From NCBI GenBank assembly GCA_026416715.1, contig JAOAEQ010000011.1, positions 12,580-76,579 on the forward strand: a stretch of 64,000 nucleotides of DNA, written 5' to 3'. A program made the translations under genes and the position numbers. Shown here piece by piece: positions 49,282 through 59,388 of the stretch (its first letter is position 1; each line of letters starts with the position of its first letter). Below the pieces are notes generated by a model. It ran no database searches and was not told the origin of the DNA. It saw nothing but the letters and a program-made list of their open reading frames with translations. Source of the DNA: a bacterium (lineage in GTDB: Bacteria; UBP4; UBA4092; JAOAEQ01).

Positions 49282-51804
49282 CTACCAATAAACAGTAATT
49301 TTAATCGAATCACCTTCTCCAATAGAAATAGCAGGTTTAATTGTTATTGTTAAAAGCGAATTGTCGGATTGTGTCCAAGTGATATGTATAGATTGATTTT
49401 TTTGAACGATTTCAACTCGTTTGATATTCTTTTTTACGGAGTTAAGAATTCCTAACCGCAATTCGTGAAGTACGAGATTTCCGCTAGCAACAGTAATTTC
49501 ATTCAATTGTATTCGGTTCGTTCGTTTCTGGGAGAAAGTTCCCCAAGCGGTTGCGGTTGCATAGAATGATTTGAAATTTTCCGGAGTGATTCTTGGATTA
49601 AATCCGAGCATTTTTTCCGAACCGTTATGGATAAATCCGGATAAAGCAAGCAATAACGACCAGCTACTCATCGCTCGTGCATAATGGTCACCGCATTCGA
49701 TTTCGTTCCAAGGATTGCGTTTAATCCCGTTATATCGTTCGCGTGCAGCTTTAACAATCTGCAATCCTAGTTTAATGAATCCTTCATAAATCATATGTGC
49801 CGCAACCTGGTATTCAACTCCAGTCCAAACTTCATCGCAATAGAGAATCGGTTCTTTCGATCGTCCGCCTTTCGGCCAAGTACAGTTTATCAGGCCGGCT
49901 TCGTGTCCTTCTGCGAAGACCCGTTGCGTATGTTCGAAGTCGGTTAAATCTTTCCGCCAGTTATATTTGAAAATAGATTGCAGGGTTTTCTTAATATGTT
50001 CTGCAGGTAGAATATATCCTAAATTCAACATATGTGCCCACCATTGACCGACAACTTGGTCAGATAAACATCCTTTTCCATACTGCAACTTCGGATATTG
50101 TTTCGAATCTACGTTCTGCACATAATACTCTCCATTCCAGAGCATGGTATCCAACAGTTTTGTTCCTTGGGTAAAAAGCGACTGATATTTCGCTGCTAGT
50201 TCGGGTTCATTCTGGATTTTTGCCATTTCTTCCATTGCCCGAAGCGCCGCTAAATAGAGCGACCCGATGAAACTATTTGCGCCATATAACGATAAATCGT
50301 AGGTATTCCATTGTTCCCCTTCAAGGAGTCCCTGTTTTTTAGCATCGCAGATTTCAGTTAAATAGTTCATCGCTTGTTTGAGTTGCTGCCAATGTTCATC
50401 AAGAAATTGCCGGTCTGGCGACATTAGATATTCTCGATATACTTTTAAGATTTCACCAGCTTGTCCATCAATAGCATCACGTTCCGTATGTGGTAGATAA
50501 GTCGGAATATTTGTTCGATGCGGAATCATACCGTTCGGCTGCATGATACCGGTTAAATCCGTATGCCGCATGTTCCGTTCGAGTTCCGGGAACAGATATG
50601 CCATGGTTTGGACATAATTCCAAACATGGGTACAGTTCATCGGACAACAACCACGATCTGCACCGCAACCTTCAAACCCGGCAACAGTTCCATCTTCAAG
50701 CCACAGCAGCGTTTGACTACGGAGCGTAGAAATCTGGGACGTGATGCAATCAAGGATATAATAGGGCAGAGTACTATTGTAGAACGTATCCCGGAATGTA
50801 AACGTCGTATTTCTTAATCGGACGAAATTTTGAACGACATAGTCGGTGACCGCAAGCGAATCGTTGAACCAATGGTTATACATATTCCCGATACGATATT
50901 GGGTATTCTCTTCCCAGAAATCAACATAACGATTCGGAAAATGCCAGGAAATTAGAAAAGTTATCGAGCAGGATTCGTTCGGTGTCAGTTTTCGTTGAAC
51001 TGCGATTGCGCCGTTCCACGTTCGACCGAGTTTGCTCGGTGACATATCAGGTTCAGAAGGTAATATTCCAGATTGAGAAAATGCTTGCCAGAACGTTCGA
51101 AGAGTATCCCAGTGCGTGAGATATTGAACGTTTTTCTCTAGAACCGCAAGCGTCATAGAACCATATAGTTGCGATGTTGGTTCCAACACTTCATTCGTCA
51201 TGTGGATCGCAGTATATGTGTCGGTCTGAACAGCGGTATTGTTGTTTCCACCGAAGGTAGGATAAGTTACGCCGATAACCGGACCAAATCCGGTATATCC
51301 GACTGCATTCTGGAGAGTAGATACAAGAGAAATCTGAACATGCTTTTTCGTTTTGTTTTTAACCGTAAATTCAAAAACAGCAACCGGGATTCCTGAATCT
51401 TTTGCATTCTGCGGAACAAACGGAGAATAAGCGTTAAGTTTAATTTCAACCGGCAATTCCGAATCGGTATATTTCACTTCTGCAATGGGATATTCGCCAA
51501 CAAATTCAACCTGTTCGATACCGTTAAACCACCATTGTTTCGCTTGTAATCGTTTTGCCATCGGCTCTTTTTTATCTTCTTTCGTCCAGAGTGCAAAAAA
51601 ACTATGCGGAAATGATGCATGCTTATTCACCCGATTGAATATCTGCCATTCTTTCAATTCACCACCAGCACCAAGCGCGATACTCCCGGTACCAATTCCG
51701 CCAATCGGAAACGCTACTTGCCGATGTTGTTTTCCGTTATAAACAATGCGGTTCCCGGTTTGAACAATCCGTTTTTTCCATTGCTGATATTCTTTATTTG
51801 TCAT
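49282..51804 (-). CDS. GH116 family glycoside hydrolase (GBA2-like)
   Basis: PIGGIGTG, NCTHVWNY, NTYD, EVWTGVEY, NPWNEIECGDHYAR. Confidence 0.93.
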   Translation of the reverse strand: MTNKEYQQWKKRIVQTGNRIVYNGKQHRQVAFPIGGIGTGSIALGAGGELKEWQIFNRVNKHASFPHSFFALWTKEDKKEPMAKRLQAKQWWFNGIEQVEFVGEYPIAEVKYTDSELPVEIKLNAYSPFVPQNAKDSGIPVAVFEFTVKNKTKKHVQISLVSTLQNAVGYTGFGPVIGVTYPTFGGNNNTAVQTDTYTAIHMTNEVLEPTSQLYGSMTLAVLEKNVQYLTHWDTLRTFWQAFSQSGILPSEPDMSPSKLGRTWNGAIAVQRKLTPNESCSITFLISWHFPNRYVDFWEENTQYRIGNMYNHWFNDSLAVTDYVVQNFVRLRNTTFTFRDTFYNSTLPYYILDCITSQISTLRSQTLLWLEDGTVAGFEGCGADRGCCPMNCTHVWNYVQTMAYLFPELERNMRHTDLTGIMQPNGMIPHRTNIPTYLPHTERDAIDGQAGEILKVYREYLMSPDRQFLDEHWQQLKQAMNYLTEICDAKKQGLLEGEQWNTYDLSLYGANSFIGSLYLAALRAMEEMAKIQNEPELAAKYQSLFTQGTKLLDTMLWNGEYYVQNVDSKQYPKLQYGKGCLSDQVVGQWWAHMLNLGYILPAEHIKKTLQSIFKYNWRKDLTDFEHTQRVFAEGHEAGLINCTWPKGGRSKEPILYCDEVWTGVEYQVAAHMIYEGFIKLGLQIVKAARERYNGIKRNPWNEIECGDHYARAMSSWSLLLALSGFIHNGSEKMLGFNPRITPENFKSFYATATAWGTFSQKRTNRIQLNEITVASGNLVLHELRLGILNSVKKNIKRVEIVQKNQSIHITWTQSDNSLLTITIKPAISIGEGDSIKITVYW

Positions 51805-51897
51805 AGTACTATTTTCTATCCAGTTTTAGCCGAAGATAAATCGTAATCGGCGTTCGCTTTACAAGGTATTAACCTATAACTAACGTTGAGGCGAAGA

Positions 51898-52836
51898 TTA
51901 CAATGCAAAAGTTTTTCCACTCGGTTTAATTCCGGTTTTGCACGCAGCAATTAATTCTTCTAATTGCCCAGTCGCAACGCAGATGCAGGTATCCGCTGCG
52001 CCGTAGTATACTTTAATTTCACCGTCAGGTTCCAGTATCGCGCCGTTTGAAAACACGCAGTTCGGAACTTCGCCTATCCGTTCATACGGTTCCCGGGGTG
52101 TAAGGATAAATTCTGGACATTGGCCAATAATCTTATCCGGTTTATCTAAATCGAGCAACATTACGCCGAGCCGATATACATAGTTACAAGCGAACCATAC
52201 TCCATGAAAAATTAACAGCCACCCTTCTTTAGTTTTAATCGGTGGCGGTCCGATTCCCCATTTTTCACGGAACCAAGTCTGCGGTTCGGGTAGTACCGGT
52301 TTCGCATCGCCCCAATGGATGAGGTCTGGAGAGTAGGTGATAAACGTCATTGCCATATTTCCGTTCATCGGTCGGTCAAGTCGAGCATATCTACCATTAA
52401 TTTTTTCCGGGAATAACGCACAATTCCGATTCCAAGGGGTAGTTAAAAATGGCATCCGTTCGAAATGGATGAAATCGTTGGTTTTAATCAATCCAATTCG
52501 CCCGATTTCACCATGCATTTGAACACTATGCACAATATAATAACTCCCTTCCAGAAACGTTACTCGGGCGTCATACTTATGTTTTTCCCAGAGTTCATCG
52601 TCCGGACTAGGAGCGAGTCTTATCGGTTCAGGATTAATGGTAAAATGGTATCCATCGTCACTGAACGCTACATGCAGTCGATTATCCCGCCGACCATCTT
52701 CAACTCGCGGGATAAGAACATATTTATTCCCAAACTTCACTGCACCGGGATTATATACCGCATTAACATGATACGGTAAATCTTGATACGTTAGAATCGG
52801 ATTACCGGAATAGCGAGTTAATAATTCTTTTTCCAT
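51898..52836 (-). CDS. GH130 family glycoside phosphorylase/hydrolase
   Basis: YNPGAV, LFPEKINGRY..LDRP, YYGAADT. Confidence 0.9.
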   Translation of the reverse strand: MEKELLTRYSGNPILTYQDLPYHVNAVYNPGAVKFGNKYVLIPRVEDGRRDNRLHVAFSDDGYHFTINPEPIRLAPSPDDELWEKHKYDARVTFLEGSYYIVHSVQMHGEIGRIGLIKTNDFIHFERMPFLTTPWNRNCALFPEKINGRYARLDRPMNGNMAMTFITYSPDLIHWGDAKPVLPEPQTWFREKWGIGPPPIKTKEGWLLIFHGVWFACNYVYRLGVMLLDLDKPDKIIGQCPEFILTPREPYERIGEVPNCVFSNGAILEPDGEIKVYYGAADTCICVATGQLEELIAACKTGIKPSGKTFAL

Positions 52837-52889
52837 ACCTACATTCCTTTCTAGTTTGCATGATTGAAATTCATCAGTATGCTGAGATA

Positions 52890-54188
52890 TTATACGATTA
52901 TTTCTTGGAGAATGCCGAGTTCATCAGCGATATCGAAAACCGTGATTCTATCTCGAATATACCGAGCAGATACAATCGTTCGTATCGCTAGTGGTTTATC
53001 AACTCCAATTTCCGCAAAAGTAGTCGGGCATTTCGCCTTCTTCAAATAATGGATAATCTCTTTTGATGAAGGGAGTTTGGCAAAAATAGGCGATAATTGT
53101 TCCCAACGAGATTGTATATGCTTTAGATACGGTAATTTATATTTGAATATTTGGTTAATTCTATTGGTATTGCTTCCAAAAAGTTGTGCGATGGTTCTAT
53201 CATAATCGATTGTATTATGCTGTGGTGATTTGATTTTTTTAAGCTGTTCATATAATCGTGCAGATTGAATCACACCGATTCCAACCTGTAATCCATGGTA
53301 TGCAAAAACATCCTGTTTCCTTCTATGCGCTTCCATATCGAGAAAATGGGATATGAGATGTTCTCCACCGGAAGCTGGTGCCGATTTTCCAGCGATTACC
53401 ATCGAGAATCCGCCAAGGTTGAGTGCGTCCATTAATGCTAGAATGGTTTTCTTATCCCGCTGCAGCAGTTTATCCCCCTGCGTTTTATAATGCTTTTCCA
53501 CTGCCGTGAATAATTTTGACGGCAGTAAACAAAACGATTCTCCGGTTAAAATTGACGAGATTTGCCAATCCGCATTAGCAAACGCTTTTGCTAACGTATC
53601 CGCAAATCCCGCTTGAATCAAATCGAGCGGTGCAGTAGTAATCAGGTCGGTATCAATGAGAACACCGAGGGCTGGGCTAACCGGTACGGTTCGTTTAATT
53701 CCTCTATCAATAAAAGCGCTAACTCCGGAAGTATATGCGTTCATTGACGGAGCGGTTGGTACTGAAATCACCGGTATATTCAGTTCGGTACCGATATATT
53801 TTCCCATATCGGTTATGCTTCCGGTTCCGACAGTAACGATACCGTCGGCAGATGTTGCTATACGGCGAATTCGAGGGAAATAATGGCTATCAGCATAAAC
53901 GGTAGAATAATGTTGTGGTGCTAATATCAATGTCGAGACTTGATATCTCCGCTTTAATCTGGTTTCACATTCTTTTCCCGCTATTCCATAGGTTATAGTG
54001 TCACAAAGGACTACGAGGTTCTTTGCCGTTGGGAATAGTGAATGAATAAATTCTGATATCCCATTAATCGCATTCGGTTTAGCAGTAATTCGTTTCGTCG
54101 GTATCGTATGGAGCTGATGACAATACTTGCAATGAAATGATTTGCCAAGATATCGATGAATATTCATAATCATTACGGGATAAATCAA
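52890..54188 (-). CDS. sn-glycerol-1-phosphate dehydrogenase (AraM/EgsA-like)
   Basis: GTGSITDMGK, PTAPSMNAYTS, PASGGEHLISH, HGLQVG. Confidence 0.85.
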   Translation of the reverse strand: MIYPVMIMNIHRYLGKSFHCKYCHQLHTIPTKRITAKPNAINGISEFIHSLFPTAKNLVVLCDTITYGIAGKECETRLKRRYQVSTLILAPQHYSTVYADSHYFPRIRRIATSADGIVTVGTGSITDMGKYIGTELNIPVISVPTAPSMNAYTSGVSAFIDRGIKRTVPVSPALGVLIDTDLITTAPLDLIQAGFADTLAKAFANADWQISSILTGESFCLLPSKLFTAVEKHYKTQGDKLLQRDKKTILALMDALNLGGFSMVIAGKSAPASGGEHLISHFLDMEAHRRKQDVFAYHGLQVGIGVIQSARLYEQLKKIKSPQHNTIDYDRTIAQLFGSNTNRINQIFKYKLPYLKHIQSRWEQLSPIFAKLPSSKEIIHYLKKAKCPTTFAEIGVDKPLAIRTIVSARYIRDRITVFDIADELGILQEIIV

Positions 54189-54446
54189 TGAAAATATTAT
54201 ATCATTGTATTATACATTGTTAGTTAATCCAACTGACTACCCCATAATGTTAACAATCCTTTAGGGTTAGCTTTTATTTTCAGGCTGAAACCTAATACCC
54301 CTTGCGGCTGGAGTTTATCCTGTCGAATTACAGAACTAGGTCGAAAGAATTGATGCTTGATACGTCACCTTCTAAATATTGAAATTTAATTAAACAAGAA
54401 TGACAGTATATAATAAATAGTTACTTATCAATGAGTCAAACGGGCT

Positions 54447-55703
54447 ATGTTATCAAACCTTATCAATCTTTCTGTACTTGAACGGATGCTGGTGTATTTT
54501 ACGGAAGCGACGTCGTTGAACGTTCGCTTAATAGATATGAATGGCCAATTCATTACCGAGCGGGATAAGTTAGTCAACCAGTGTCAGTTTTGCAGTCTCG
54601 TCCAATCCACGGAATCAGGCATTTCCCATTGCCGAACAAAGTTCAAACAAGCGATTCTGGAAGCGATTCGCTGGGGTGAACCCTATTATTATATCTGCGA
54701 GTTCGGATTAATGGAATGGGTGGTTCCGCTCGTGGTGAATGAAGAACCACTCGGCGCATTATTTTGCGGGCAGGTGCTCATCGATGAAATGGATGATTTA
54801 TCGTATGAACAGATTATCCGCAAAACCACCGCTGCCGGTCTCTCTTTAGAAGCGGTTAACGATTCTTTAACCAGCATTAAAGTGCTGTCTGGTAGAAAGG
54901 TTAAAGCGGCTGCAGAACTCCTATATCTCATTGCAACGCAATTGATTCAACTCGGATATGAATCTTTACAACAGCAGCGGAAAATAACCGAACAACAGAT
55001 GCGGTTAGCGGAAGAAATTGCATTTCAAAAGCAGGGGAAAATGCCGATCGGTTTCCCGAAATCCATAGAAACTGAGCTGATTCAAAAGGTTCGGTTAGGC
55101 GATGTTTCCGGCGCGAAAGAAATATTGAATACAATCCTTGGAACTATTCTCTTACAAGATGTAGCGCGTCCGCAGGTGGTTAAAGCGCGAGTGATTGAAT
55201 TAGTCGGAATGTTAGCTCGGGTAGCGGTTGAAGCAGGAGCGCAGCTCGATGAAATTTTCGGGGCGCAGTTTTCGGAATTAAGCGAGTTAGCTAAAATAGA
55301 AGAATTAGACCAGCTCTGCTACTGGTTAATAAACTTGTTAGACCGGTTTTCAACCCAGATTTATGCCACGAGAAATATCGAAAAAATGAAAGTTGTTTCT
55401 CGCGTTTTGGAATACCTGCGTGAACATTATGCTGAACGGGTTACGCTCGAAGAAGTGGCGAAACATGTTCATCGGAATCCGTATTATATCAGCCATTTAA
55501 TAACCGAACAATTACAGACGACATTCAGCGAATACCTCAATCGCATTCGAATTGAAAAGGCAAAACAACTCATGCAAAATCCGGCGTTAAGCTTAGCTGA
55601 AATTGCGCAAACTGTCGGATTCAGCGACCAGAGTTATTTCGGTCGAATTTTTAAACGAGAAGAAGGTATTTCGCCTGCAAAATACCGCAAACAAGTCATT
55701 TAG
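54447..55703 (+). CDS. PocR-sensor AraC-family transcriptional regulator
   Basis: CQFC...C...YICEFGL PocR cysteines; C-terminal AraC HTH (GFSDQSYFGRIFKR). Confidence 0.9.
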   Translation: MLSNLINLSVLERMLVYFTEATSLNVRLIDMNGQFITERDKLVNQCQFCSLVQSTESGISHCRTKFKQAILEAIRWGEPYYYICEFGLMEWVVPLVVNEEPLGALFCGQVLIDEMDDLSYEQIIRKTTAAGLSLEAVNDSLTSIKVLSGRKVKAAAELLYLIATQLIQLGYESLQQQRKITEQQMRLAEEIAFQKQGKMPIGFPKSIETELIQKVRLGDVSGAKEILNTILGTILLQDVARPQVVKARVIELVGMLARVAVEAGAQLDEIFGAQFSELSELAKIEELDQLCYWLINLLDRFSTQIYATRNIEKMKVVSRVLEYLREHYAERVTLEEVAKHVHRNPYYISHLITEQLQTTFSEYLNRIRIEKAKQLMQNPALSLAEIAQTVGFSDQSYFGRIFKREEGISPAKYRKQVI

Positions 55704-55713
55704 TCCCATCCAG

Positions 55714-55751
55714 CGCAAGATTATACCAAAATTTCGCAATATTGTTCTAGA
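55714..55751 (+). promoter_or_regulatory. Tandem direct repeat with 21-bp period, probable AraC-family operator
   Basis: CGCAAGATTATACCAAA (55714) and CGCAATATTGTTCTAGA (55735), just upstream of an AT-rich promoter-like segment. Confidence 0.6.
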
Positions 55752-55903
55752 TATATTGAATTAGTTTAAGTTATATTATTTACAAAAATTTATTCTATCT
55801 CGGAGATGTTCTGGGGATGAATGAGAATTAAACCGTTCAATTCTCATTCCACTCTACTATCCGACCAAAAATAAATAATTATTATACCTAAAGGAGAACG
55901 ACT

Positions 55904-56542
55904 ATGGTAGATTTACAGGCGATTGCGGATAATTTATTGCAGGGGAAGGCGAGAGAGGTGAAGGGGTTAGTTGAGGCGGCGGTAGCGGAGGGGATTTCGG
56001 TAGGGAAGATATTGAATGAGGGGTTGATAGCTGGGATGAGTGTAGTGGGTACGAAGTTTAAGAACAACGAGATTTATGTGCCGGAGGTATTGATTGCGGC
56101 GCGTGCGATGAAAGCGGGGATGGAGGTATTAAAGCCGTTATTAGGGCAGGCTGGGGTTGAGCCGATTGGGACGGTTGCGATTGGGACGGTGAAGGGTGAT
56201 TTACATGATATTGGGAAGAATTTAGTAGCGATGATGTTAGAGGGAGCGGGGTTTCGGGTCATAGATTTAGGGATTGATGTGGTGCCGGAGAAGTTCATTG
56301 CGGCGGTGCGGGAGCAGCGGGCGCAGATTGTAGCGATGTCCGCGTTATTGACCACGACGATGGTGAATATGAAGACGACGTTAGCGGCGTTAGCGCAGGC
56401 GGGATTGAGTCGTCAGGTGAAAACGATGATTGGCGGAGCGCCGGTGACCCAGCGGTATGCGGATGAAATTGGAGCGGATGGGTATGCGCCGGATGCCGCT
56501 TCCGCAGTGGATAAAGCTAAACAATTACTGGGTATCGCTTAA
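55904..56542 (+). CDS. Methyltransferase-cognate corrinoid (B12-binding) protein
   Basis: GDLHDIGKNLV, SALLTTT and IGGAP motifs; AAGGAG RBS. Confidence 0.95.
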   Translation: MVDLQAIADNLLQGKAREVKGLVEAAVAEGISVGKILNEGLIAGMSVVGTKFKNNEIYVPEVLIAARAMKAGMEVLKPLLGQAGVEPIGTVAIGTVKGDLHDIGKNLVAMMLEGAGFRVIDLGIDVVPEKFIAAVREQRAQIVAMSALLTTTMVNMKTTLAALAQAGLSRQVKTMIGGAPVTQRYADEIGADGYAPDAASAVDKAKQLLGIA

Positions 56543-56656
56543 CGGATAGAACGAAACAACGGAAGAACGAAAAACCTACGAATTGGTTTCTAGTTTTTCA
56601 GTTTTTCGGTAGGGTTTTATGCTAACGGATATCGAAATCGCACAACAAAATTTTTA

Positions 56657-57571
56657 TTAGATTGCGAGTGGTTTTCCAACCAATCTTTGGTAAGCTTCCA
56701 AATACTTTTCACTTGTTTTATTTACCACATCGTCGGGTAATGGCGGACCGGGTGCAGTTTTATCCCAATCTAACGTTTCTAAATAATCTCGGACAAATTG
56801 TTTATCAAAACTTTTTTGCGGTCGCCCTGGTTGATAATCATCCTTAGGCCAAAATCGCGATGAATCCGGGGTTAAAATTTCATCAATCAAAATTAATTTA
56901 TCATCGACAAAACCAAATTCGAATTTAGTATCTGAGATAATAATACCACGGGATTCCGCGTAACTTAACGCTTCGGTATATATCGCAATACTTTTTTCTT
57001 TTAATTGCATTCCTATATCATAACCTACAATATTAATCATTTCTTTTTCAGAAATGTTTATGTCATGACCGGAGCTAGCTTTGGTTGCTGGAGTAAATAT
57101 TGGTTCCGGAAGCTTACTCGATTCACGCAAACCTTGCGGTAATTTTATCCCACAAATTGTTCCGGTTGCTTGATATTCCTTCCAAGCAGAACCCGCTAAA
57201 TAACCTCGAACCACGCATTCAATTTCAACCACTTTACTTTTTTTAACCAACATACTTCGTCCCATGAGAATATCACGGTATTGTTCTGTTTCCGATGGAA
57301 ATTCATTAATCTCAGCTGTAATCAAATGATTTGGAACAATATGCTTAGTAAATTCAAACCAAAATAACGATAACTGAGTTAACACTTTCCCTTTATACGG
57401 TATACCGTTTGGTAGAACTACATCAAATGCAGAGATGCGGTCGGTTGCAACTATCAATAACTGGTTCCCAAATTCATATACATCTCGGACTTTCCCTCGT
57501 TTGAACAGTTTTAAATCTGGTAAATTAGTAGTTACAATGACTGAAAGAGAATTAGTGTTTGTTGGCTGCAT
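56657..57571 (-). CDS. purC: SAICAR synthetase
   Basis: GKVRDVY, DRISAFD, DTKFEFG, TPDSSRFW. Confidence 0.96.
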   Translation of the reverse strand: MQPTNTNSLSVIVTTNLPDLKLFKRGKVRDVYEFGNQLLIVATDRISAFDVVLPNGIPYKGKVLTQLSLFWFEFTKHIVPNHLITAEINEFPSETEQYRDILMGRSMLVKKSKVVEIECVVRGYLAGSAWKEYQATGTICGIKLPQGLRESSKLPEPIFTPATKASSGHDINISEKEMINIVGYDIGMQLKEKSIAIYTEALSYAESRGIIISDTKFEFGFVDDKLILIDEILTPDSSRFWPKDDYQPGRPQKSFDKQFVRDYLETLDWDKTAPGPPLPDDVVNKTSEKYLEAYQRLVGKPLAI

Positions 57572-57586
57572 ATCTTTTCACCAGAA

Positions 57587-58006
57587 TTATTCCATAGCGA
57601 GAATTTCTTCATAGGTTAGAACTTTCTCGCGTACAGGTTTATTCTGCAAAACCTCATTGATTTTTTTAACTAGGTCTGGCATTTCAAATGGCTTTGGAAT
57701 ATAAGCACTTACTCCCTGTTGCATAGCATAATATTCATCTTCAGGGTCAGCATGTGCTGTAATAACGATGATAGGAACGTTATAGAATTTTGGCGAATGA
57801 TGAATAGCATCAATCAATTGATGTCCATCAACTTTTGGCATCCGAATATCTAAAATAAATAAATCCGGTTCAACCGCTTGTGCCTTTTGCAATCCACTGA
57901 ATCCATCGGTTGCAGTTATAACTTCATACTGATCACGTAAAGTAAGTTTGATGATTTGTAATATATCTTTATCATCGTCAACAATTAATATCCGATGCTT
58001 TGCCAT
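57587..58006 (-). CDS. Single-domain response regulator; start moved to ATG 58006
   Basis: IVDDD, LDIRMPKVDG, KPF. Confidence 0.9.
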   Translation of the reverse strand: MAKHRILIVDDDKDILQIIKLTLRDQYEVITATDGFSGLQKAQAVEPDLFILDIRMPKVDGHQLIDAIHHSPKFYNVPIIVITAHADPEDEYYAMQQGVSAYIPKPFEMPDLVKKINEVLQNKPVREKVLTYEEILAME

Positions 58007-58303
58007 AGACCACCTCAGGAGGAGCATATTTTATTAAAATTTTGATACGATATAATACGATATTATTTTGTAGAATGTCAAATGAAATTGGGTTAAAATT
58101 TTCGAAAGTTTTTCGATAATTAGGAATTTTCAATTTGAAAATTTAATAATGAAGTAAGAGTTTGTATCTTGACATTGAAAAAAGAAAATTGTTCAAAGTA
58201 GGTATATTATAATCTAAATTTACAATGTTTCATACAGATAAACCATAAAAATTTAAATATTTTGATTTCATAAGTATGTGATATTTTGCTATAATACAAA
58301 ATT

Positions 58304-58939
58304 ATGAACAAAGATACACTATTAAGTTCATCAATTTCATTATCAACTCTTCGGGCAGAAGCATCTTTCTTTGATAGGTTCGCTCAATTAATCGCTTCTG
58401 ATGTTCCGCTACTGCGCGGAATAGAAATCGCAGCTCAAGAAATTGCGAATAAAGAGTTACAGCAGGTAATCAAAGAGATAAAATTATGGTTGGAGCAAGG
58501 TGAAAGCATTACAGATGCATTTCGGCGATATCCAAATTATTTTTCGAAATTTGCGATTGCCATAATTGACGCCGGCGAACGTGAAGGGAAATTAGATGAA
58601 AATTGTTTTCGATTAGCGGAATCATTGCGGCGCGAAATCGAAAGTAGAAAAGCAGAGCAACAACAATTTGCCCGGCAAAATCTACACAGTGCCGTAACAC
58701 CACAATTTCAACTCGACAATATCGCTATAAAAAATATTGCCAGCCAAATAGCTGAAGGAATAATTTCTGCTGTTGAATCCATTCTTGAACATAAAACCCA
58801 GCAAAATATACTGCTATTTGATGTTAATAGGATATTGTGCGCAAAATGCCGTTCTAAACTATCCCAATTGAATTCCCGAGGTCAAAAGAAAACTTTAAAG
58901 AAAAAAAATGAAACAAAGAACGTCACGAAGAACCAATGA
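58304..58939 (+). CDS. Protein with a single T2SSF/PilC-like cytoplasmic domain, no TM helices
   Basis: VPLLRGIEI...LEQGESITDAF...AGEREGKLD. Confidence 0.7.
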   Translation: MNKDTLLSSSISLSTLRAEASFFDRFAQLIASDVPLLRGIEIAAQEIANKELQQVIKEIKLWLEQGESITDAFRRYPNYFSKFAIAIIDAGEREGKLDENCFRLAESLRREIESRKAEQQQFARQNLHSAVTPQFQLDNIAIKNIASQIAEGIISAVESILEHKTQQNILLFDVNRILCAKCRSKLSQLNSRGQKKTLKKKNETKNVTKNQ

Positions 58940-59372
58940 TATTTTGAATCGAATTCAATCGCAATTTCCTATCATTCATACACCGTTTCACAAACTAGGA
59001 AAAGAGCTTGGCATTGCGGAATTAGATATCTATGATACTCTTCATACCCTCAAAAAAACTAAAATCATTCGACGTGTTGGTGCAATATTCGATTCACAAA
59101 AATTAGGATTCGCCAGCTGTTTAGTCGGAGTCAAGGTCGCTCGTGCTGCCCTTGAACAAGTTGGAGGACAATTAGCGAAATTTGATGAGATTACACATTG
59201 TTATGCAAGAAACCATTCGTATAATCTCTGGTTTACGTTAACCTGCAAATCCCAATCAGAAATAACGAAAATACTGACGTACGTAAAAAATATTAAAGGA
59301 GTAATTGATTTACTCTATTTACCAGCGCTAAAAGTTTATAAAATTAAGACCGAATTTAACCTTCACGGTTAA
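58908..59372 (+). CDS. AsnC/Lrp-fold siroheme decarboxylase subunit (AhbA/NirD-like)
   Basis: IQSQFPI..PF, IIRRVGAIFD, THCYARNHSYNLWFT. Confidence 0.82.
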   Translation: MKQRTSRRTNDILNRIQSQFPIIHTPFHKLGKELGIAELDIYDTLHTLKKTKIIRRVGAIFDSQKLGFASCLVGVKVARAALEQVGGQLAKFDEITHCYARNHSYNLWFTLTCKSQSEITKILTYVKNIKGVIDLLYLPALKVYKIKTEFNLHG

Positions 59373-59388
59373 CCCATCTAATCTAACC

